Of a DNA stretch of 38,941 nt, positions 32,321-38,941 are shown one piece after another. Numbering within the stretch: the first letter of the stretch is position 1; each line of letters starts with the position of its first letter. The stretch comes from Chiloscyllium plagiosum (taxonomy: Eukaryota). The stretch is taken from positions 24,819-63,759 of the forward strand of contig NW_025215103.1 in assembly GCF_004010195.1 (NCBI RefSeq). The letters are read 5' to 3'. The notes under the pieces were generated by a model. That model had not been told where the DNA came from. It saw only the letters and a program-made list of their open reading frames with translations, and ran no database searches. A program made the position numbers and the translations under genes.

Positions 32321-33589
32321 CTCTGGACATTCATTCTGCATTCAGACCACTCTCTTAAAAAACAATCCTTGTCCTGTCTTTATAAAATCTTTCTCTACTC
32401 ACCTCAAAATATTTGCTCCCAGATCCTGAAACCCCCAGCTGAGGGAGAGGACACCGGTTGTTCCCCTCATCTGTATCCCTCATGATTTTATAATCCTCTC
32501 AATCTCCTATGTTCCAGTGAGAAAAGTTCCAGCATATCCGCCCTAGATGTAGGTCTATCCATATCTAGTTATGAAGTATTCAATGCTGGTGCAGGCTGGA
32601 AAGATCAAGTGGTCTACTCCTGCTCCCAATTCATCCTGGCTGCTACGTTTCTCCCATTTTCTTCCTTGCAACTCTCAACCCTTGATACTCTATCTCAGTG
32701 TGAAACATACTCAGTGACCTGGCCTCCACAGCTTTCTGTGACAATTAATTCCATAGATTCACCACTCTCTGGCTAAAGAAATTTCTCTTAATCTCCATTC
32801 TCCCTTTATGCTGAGGCTATGCCCATGGGTATTAGTCTCTCCTCCCAATGAAATCATCTTCCCAATGTCCACGCTGTCCAGGCCGTTCAATATACTGTAC
32901 GTTTCAGTTAGATCCCCCTTGACTGTGGGTCTGTTAATCAGCATGAACCAAACCCTTCAGGTTGAGGACAGCCGGGATTAGGTTCAACAAAGTGAGAATG
33001 GAGAGTGAGTGTGTGGGATGGAGATTTTCAGCTTTTAGGGAATAAGATGGGAAAGAAAGTTTAATATAAATTATAATTGATCAGATGAGCCGATGGGCTA
33101 AGGAGTAGTGGATTGGAGTTTAATTTAGACAAATATGAGCTGTTGCATTTTGATGAGGCAAATCAGCGCTGGACCTATGTGGTTAATGGTAAATTAATGG
33201 AATTCTGTGCTCAAGGACGCAGTAGAGGCAGCTTCATTAAGACACTGTTGGATGGGTTTTTGCGTGGTAGGGGAATTAAGGGTAGTTGGGATAAAGCAAC
33301 TAGGAGGAGCTGAGATGATTGATAGATCAGCCATTATTTTAATGAATGGCAGAGCAGGGCCGATGGGCCAAATGGCCTACTCCTTCTATTACTTTGAAAC
33401 TATAACCCTGCGTTTCCCATGACTAACCTACCTAACCCGCACATCCCTGCACACTGGGCAATTTTGCATAGCCTGTCCAAATCAAGGCCAGTGAGAAATG
33501 TAGTGAAATGGAAACCAAATATCAGACAATGATAGAAAGGGACAAGGAGAATAACTGTAGTAGCAATCAAAACGGGATTCTAATCATCA

Positions 33590-33830
33590 CCAAAAATAAA
33601 ACTAAAAGCTCAGTATGTGAATGTGTGCTGCATTGTAACAAAAGCGAATTAATTGACTGCACACGTTGAAGAGAATAATTATGATCTAAGACTCCTTACA
33701 CAGATATGGCTTCAGAATGACAAGGATTGGATCCGGAAAATCGAGGGGATACGTGGCATTCAAGTCGAGTGAGAGGCTCAGTAAAGGTAGAGGGTGGGCA
33801 CTGCTCATCAAAGCACTGATGACATGGTAG
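33590..33830 (+). mobile_element. Old CR1 ORF2 N-terminal (APE endonuclease) fragment
   Basis: Degenerate LKAQYVN...ELTAHVEENNYDL...TE.WLQND...IEGY..F...R...KG.G.ALLIK pattern. Confidence 0.55.
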
Positions 33831-35009
33831 TCTGGTGTCAGCTCGGATTTCAGGTCCTAATTTCTCTGTCCTCTGGTCTCCCTGTTCCAACAGAGTTAAA
33901 TGCTGTCTGTTCTCATCTCTGCTCGATTTCTGCTGAATCTTTGACCCCATTTTACACCTTCTGGAGCAATAAAATATTCTGACCCTCCTGGAAATGACAC
34001 CTTATCTATACCCCTCCTGATTAAAAAAAAACTCTATAAAGTTATCTGTCAACTTGCTAGGCTCCGTTGGAAAAATGTCCCAGCTTCTTCTTAACTCAAA
34101 CCCTCCATTCCCAGCAGCACGCTGGTAAAGTAGGGAATAGGGAATTGTATCAAATCTCATAAATGTACTGTCTGAAATAATCTGGCTGTGTTCTTGCCTG
34201 TGATATTGAGAGTCCCTGGTGTAAGTAATTACGAATGCAATTATTTTGGTCACAGAATTGAACAATCATTTTGCAACAAAGGGGTCAACTCTGATAAGGA
34301 GGTAGTGGTCATTTCTAGGGTAAGTGAACAGTTTGTAGATCAGGGAGATGAAGTTCCAGACACTTGGGAAAGGCAAGAAATGACTGTGATAAATAAGACA
34401 AAGAACTGTGGATACTGGAAATCTGAAACAAAAACTGACAACACTGGAAAAACTCAGCAGGACTGGAAGCATCTGTGGAGAGAAAGCAGAGTTAAGGTTT
34501 CCAGTCCAACAACTCCTCTTCAGGATTCTGAAATAGTTTGTGAGAACCTCTTAAAACTACTGCTCCGCTTTAAGATCATAATACACAGGAGCAGGATGAG
34601 GCCATTTGGCGCATCGAGTCTGCTCCACCAGTCGATCATGGGTGATATGTTTCTCCATCCCATTATGCTGCCTTCTCCTCATAACCCTTGACCCCTTCCT
34701 AATCAAGAACCTATCTCTGTCTTAAATGCCCTCAATGATTTGGCATCCTGAAACCTTCTCCTCGTGGAAACATCATCTCCTCATCCACAGTATCCAGTCA
34801 TAGAGTAGCACAGCGCTGCCTGACCCTCTGTGATTTTCAGCATTTGTTGTTTTCAGGAAGGATTCCAGCATCTACAACAATGCGCTTCTAAATTTTATAC
34901 CCAGGTGGTTAGCTCTCCCTGGATCCCGTGAGATTTAACCTTACTCAACAATCCACTGTGTGGTACAATTAACAAAGTTCCCAGTCCCCACCTCTTTTTG
35001 CACACGTAA

Positions 35010-35331
35010 GTTGCACGATGGATCAGTGGTGAGCACTGCTGCCTCACAGCACCAAGGACCCTCGTTCGATTCCAGCCTTGGGGCGACTATCTGTGTGGAG
35101 TTTGTACATTCTCCCTGCCGTGTCTGCGTGGGTTTCCTCCGGCTGCTCTGGTTTCCTCCCAAAGTCTAACGATGTGCAGTTTCGGGAGAAGTGACCATAC
35201 TAAATGGGCCCATAGTGTGCAGTAAGTGTAGTGTAATGGGATAGGGGAAAGTGTATGCATGGGTTACACTTTGGATGGTCTGTGTGGACTTGTTGGGCTG
35301 ATTGGCGTATTTCCACATTGTAGGAATTCTA
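35010..35331 (+). mobile_element. Older, diverged HE1-type V-SINE
   Basis: cagtggtgagcactgctgcctcacagcacc...gtgtctgcgtgggtttcctccggctgctctggtttcctccc...gtggacttgttgggc. Confidence 0.85.
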
Positions 35332-35459
35332 CGTGCCATTCCCCCAACTCCAGAGTCTCAGCACTCTTGGCTGTTCCCATGGACAGTGTTGGGGAGGGAA
35401 ACAACGTTTTACACGGGAGGAAGGTTCAGCGAGTGTGAAGCTAAAAGTACACGCAGTGC

Positions 35460-35831
35460 ATTGCTTGAGCTGTTTTCCCCGGTATACCAGAAGCTGAGGA
35501 GTGACCTTACAGACGTTTATAGAGTCATGCGAGGCATGGATAGGTTAAATAGACAAGGTCATTTCCCAGGGATGGGAGAAGCCCGGAACAGGAGGGTAAT
35601 ATGTTTGGGGTGAGGGAGGCAAGTGAAAGGCATGATCTGCCGGAGGAAGTAGTGGATGTAGGTCCAATTATAACATTTAAAAGGCGTCTGGATGGATATA
35701 TGAATAGGAAGCGTTCAGAGGGATATGGGCCAAGTGCTAGTAAATGAGACGAGATTAATTTAGGCTATCTGGTCGGCACGGATGAGTTGGACCGAAGGAC
35801 CTGTTTTTGTGTTGTGTATCTCTATGACTCT
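35460..35831 (+). mobile_element. CR1/HER1-type LINE 3' end with internal deletion
   Basis: LELFSP...KLRSDLTDVYRVMRGMDRLNRQGHFPG...; tail ctctatgactct. Confidence 0.8.
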
Positions 35832-36324
35832 GGCTTGCCCGTAATGTTTGCCATGCATGTATTTTCAGTTTCTGTCTGGTGTCGGTGCCAATGCCTTGAT
35901 ATCTCATTTCCTCCACCTCCCCAGATGTTAACCATTCCGTGTCTGGTTGTTTCTCAAGAAGCTGCATTGAAGGTACATCCTGAATTGATACTTTTTTTGC
36001 TTCCCAAAATCAGACTTACTCACTCCTACATACCGTGAAAGATACTAACTTTCAGGTGGAGGTATCCAAAATTCAGAGGTGTCTATCTTGATATTTTCAC
36101 TTTTCAGTCTCTGTAAGATCCTGAATCAGTACCGTCGGTAGAATTAGCTTGAGCGGAGTGAGAATAGAGGGGTGAGACGGGGTGGGATGGTGCTTTCAAT
36201 TTTGTGGAAAAAGAAAAGAATGTTCTGCGGAAAGTAGAATTGTTTGCTGCCTGACCTGCTGCGCTTTTCCAGCAACACATTTCCATCTCTGATCTCCAGC
36301 ATCTGCAGACCTCACTTTCTCCCC

Positions 36325-37807
36325 AGACAGGATATACCCAAGATTGCTACGAGAAGCAAAGGAAGAGATTGCTGCACCTTTGGCTATGATATTTGCGTTC
36401 TCCCTGTCCATTGGAGTAATATTAGATGATTGGACAGTGGCAAAAGTTATTCCCTTGTTCAAGAAAGGGAATAGGGATAACCCTGGGAATTACAGCCCAG
36501 TTAATCTTCGATCTGGTGGTCAAATTATTGCAGAGATTCTGAGATGGGATGTATAACTTTTTGAAAAACTATAGTTTGATGAGAGATAGTCAGTATGGCT
36601 TTGTAAGGGCAGGTCATGCCTCACAAGCCTTACTGAATTCTTTGAGGATATGACAAAACGTTTGGTGAAAGTAGAGCAGTGGATGTGGTGTACATTGATT
36701 TTAGCAAGGCTTTTGATAAGGTTCCCCATAGTAGGCTCATTCAGAAAGTAAAGATGCATGGAATACAGGGAAATATGACTGATTGGATACAGAATTGGCT
36801 GGCACATAGAAGACAGAGGGCGATAGTAGATGGAAAGTATTTAGCCTGGGGTTCAGTGGCGTTCCGCAGGGATCTGTTCTTTATGATTTTTATAAATAAC
36901 TGGAGTGAGGAAGTGGAAGGGTGGGTTAGTAGGTTTGCCGATGACACGAAGGTTGGCAGAGTTGTGGATAGTGTGGAGGGCTGTTGTAGGTTGCAACAGG
37001 ACATTGACAGGATGCAGAACTGGGCTGAGAAGTGACAGATAGAGTTTAACCTGGAAAAGTGTGAAGTGATTCACTTTGGAAGATCGAATTTGAATGCCGA
37101 TTACAGGGTTAAAGGCAGGATTCTTGGCAATGCGGAGGAACAGAGGGATCTTGGGGTCCTCATCCATAGAACCGTCAAAGTTGCCACTCGAATTGATAGG
37201 GTTGTTAAGAAGACATATGGTGTGTTGGCTTTCATTAGCGGGAGATTGAGCTTAAAGAGCTGCAAGGTTATGCTGCAGCTCTATAAAGTCCTGGTTAGAC
37301 CACACTTGGAATATTGTGTTCAGTTCTGGTCGCCTCATTATAGGAAGGATGTGCAAGTTTTAGAGAGCGTGCAGAGGAGATTTACCAGGATGCTGCCTGG
37401 ACTGGAGGGCACATCTTATGAAGAAAGGTTGAGGGAGCTAAGGCCTTTCTCATTGAAGCGAAGAAGGATGAGAGGTGACTTGATAGAGGTGTACAAGGTG
37501 GTGACAGGCATAGACAGAGTAGATAGCCATTTCCGCCCTGGGGAAAAGTCTCTGGCTATCATGAGGATGCATAATTTAAGGTGATTGGAGGAAAATTTAG
37601 GGGAAATGTCAGAGGTAGGGTCTTTACATAGAGAGTGGTGGGTACGTGGAATGTACTGCCAGCAGTGGTTGTAGAGTCAGATATATTAGGGACATTTAAG
37701 TGACTCTTGGATAGGCACATGGATGATAGTAAAATGTAGGGTATGTGAGTAGGATAAAAAGTCAGCACAACATGGAGGGCGAAGGTCCTGTACTGTTCTA
37801 TGTTCTA
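36325..37807 (+). mobile_element. 5'-truncated CR1-clade LINE (RT region to 3' end), disrupted
   Basis: ORFs 36344, 36679 and 37066: VIPLFKKG...NYSPVNL, DVVYIDFSKAFDKVPH, RFADDTK, LVRPHLEYCVQFWSP, RRRMRGDLIEVYK; 3' tail tgttctatgttcta. Confidence 0.95.
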
Positions 37808-38941
37808 AGTCATAAATAAATGAATAAGTAACAATAAAAATAAATTTAAGACAAATGGTCATCAAAGTCCACTTAAAGGTTCCTGGTCTTGGAGGAAGCC
37901 GATCAAGACACAATACACACAGCTGGAATGAGATCATCAATCTGTGACAAGAACGCCACGCTGGGACAAAACTGAAATGCCAGGACCCCGAAAAAAACTG
38001 TCACCAAGATGCAACCTACACCTGGACGAGAACACTGGGCCGGAAGTATTTGACGAAGATTAAGCTAGACCGCCGATGAGACCTCCGCATCAGGATAAAA
38101 CCACTACATCAGCAGACCGCTCCACAGGGCCAAGACCACCACACTGGTGAAGACCACTACTCTGAACCACAAGAAGCCAACCCCGTCGCTGGATCAGGAA
38201 ATGTACTCAGCTGAAGCTGTTAAATGAAGTTAAGATGAATTTTGATATTAACTATGCTCATTGGAAACATTAAAAACAGAGAAAGAGAAAGAAAAATTGT
38301 AAAAGCAAATGAAGGGGGTGAGTTACAGGCTCCTGGGCTGAGGAGCCTGCACTTTGCGCTGCTACTCCGCTGCCGCCATTTTGTGCTATAAGAACATATA
38401 TGAGGTTCCTGAAGCTCCAGTAAATCTGTAATGAAAACAAAAAGCACAATTTTGGATGACCCTGCATCATGGATGAATCGATTTTAGTTGAACTAAAAGT
38501 ATTGTTACTCTTGCTGGTGTCAGTGGTAGTACCAAGAATTCCATGCACTTAAAATCTTCTTTCAGTTTTTATAACCTCCTGGCCCTTGTGGTGAATCATT
38601 GAGGCGGGATGCTGTTGACTTGGACTCCCATTCTAATTGGAGAAATCGCCTGATCCTCTTGAATTGGAACTCAAAGCCAGGCACATTCCACTTTACCATT
38701 GCCTTTTTTCCTGGTCCAGGAAACCAACAGTCAGAAGCTACAAAAGATCTCCACAAGAATTACATACTTTATTGGAAGTTGAATATATGGACTCTCATTC
38801 CATCATTCTGTGGACTACTGTTGTAGTTTTTCTGAAGAGTGGGAAATAACTTCAGCAAGTTGCTGGGATTGGACGTTCTCTACAGAGAGGTTCTTGACAG
38901 AGATTTGTAAAAGGGAACTAATTTAGCTAATGCAAACAACC

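Larger units (their letters stand above)
29401..32499 (+). repeat. Tandem segmental duplication, copy 2 (paralogue of 23823-26657)
   Basis: See copy 1. This copy carries an extra ~716 bp (30495-31210) that is absent from copy 1. Confidence 0.92.

Noticed and set aside
36325..37807. Active LINE or domesticated RT gene
   Set aside because: 5'-truncated and broken by stops, frameshifts and a deletion in the GVPQG region.
37850..38941. Possible exon or LTR in the last kilobase
   Set aside because: No recognisable domain, splice pattern or terminal repeat that I can support; left unannotated.

Overview
Eukaryotic, repeat-dense genomic DNA with three assembly gaps and no intact protein-coding gene. 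The repeat repertoire (HE1-type V-SINEs, CR1/HER1-type LINEs, Penelope elements) points to a cartilaginous fish, most likely a shark; this is an inference. The window is a decaying Pol III tRNA gene cluster built from locally duplicated units. It holds four tRNA-Pro genes or pseudogenes that each carry an 18-20 nt insert at the canonical 37/38 intron position, and a tRNA-Trp body with a TCA (opal-reading) anticodon. It also has two tRNA-Asn(GTT) genes in a ~5.6-5.8 kb tandem duplication (one looks intact), several initiator tRNA-Met pseudogenes, and Glu and Ile remnants. Other contents are a 4-finger C2H2 zinc-finger pseudogene, an L1-clade 3' end, a palindrome with ~1 kb arms, and many retroelement fragments. 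The two most interesting signals are the intron-containing tRNA-Pro family and the candidate UGA-suppressor tRNA. Alignments were done by eye against remembered vertebrate tRNA consensus sequences, and repeat boundaries are approximate.
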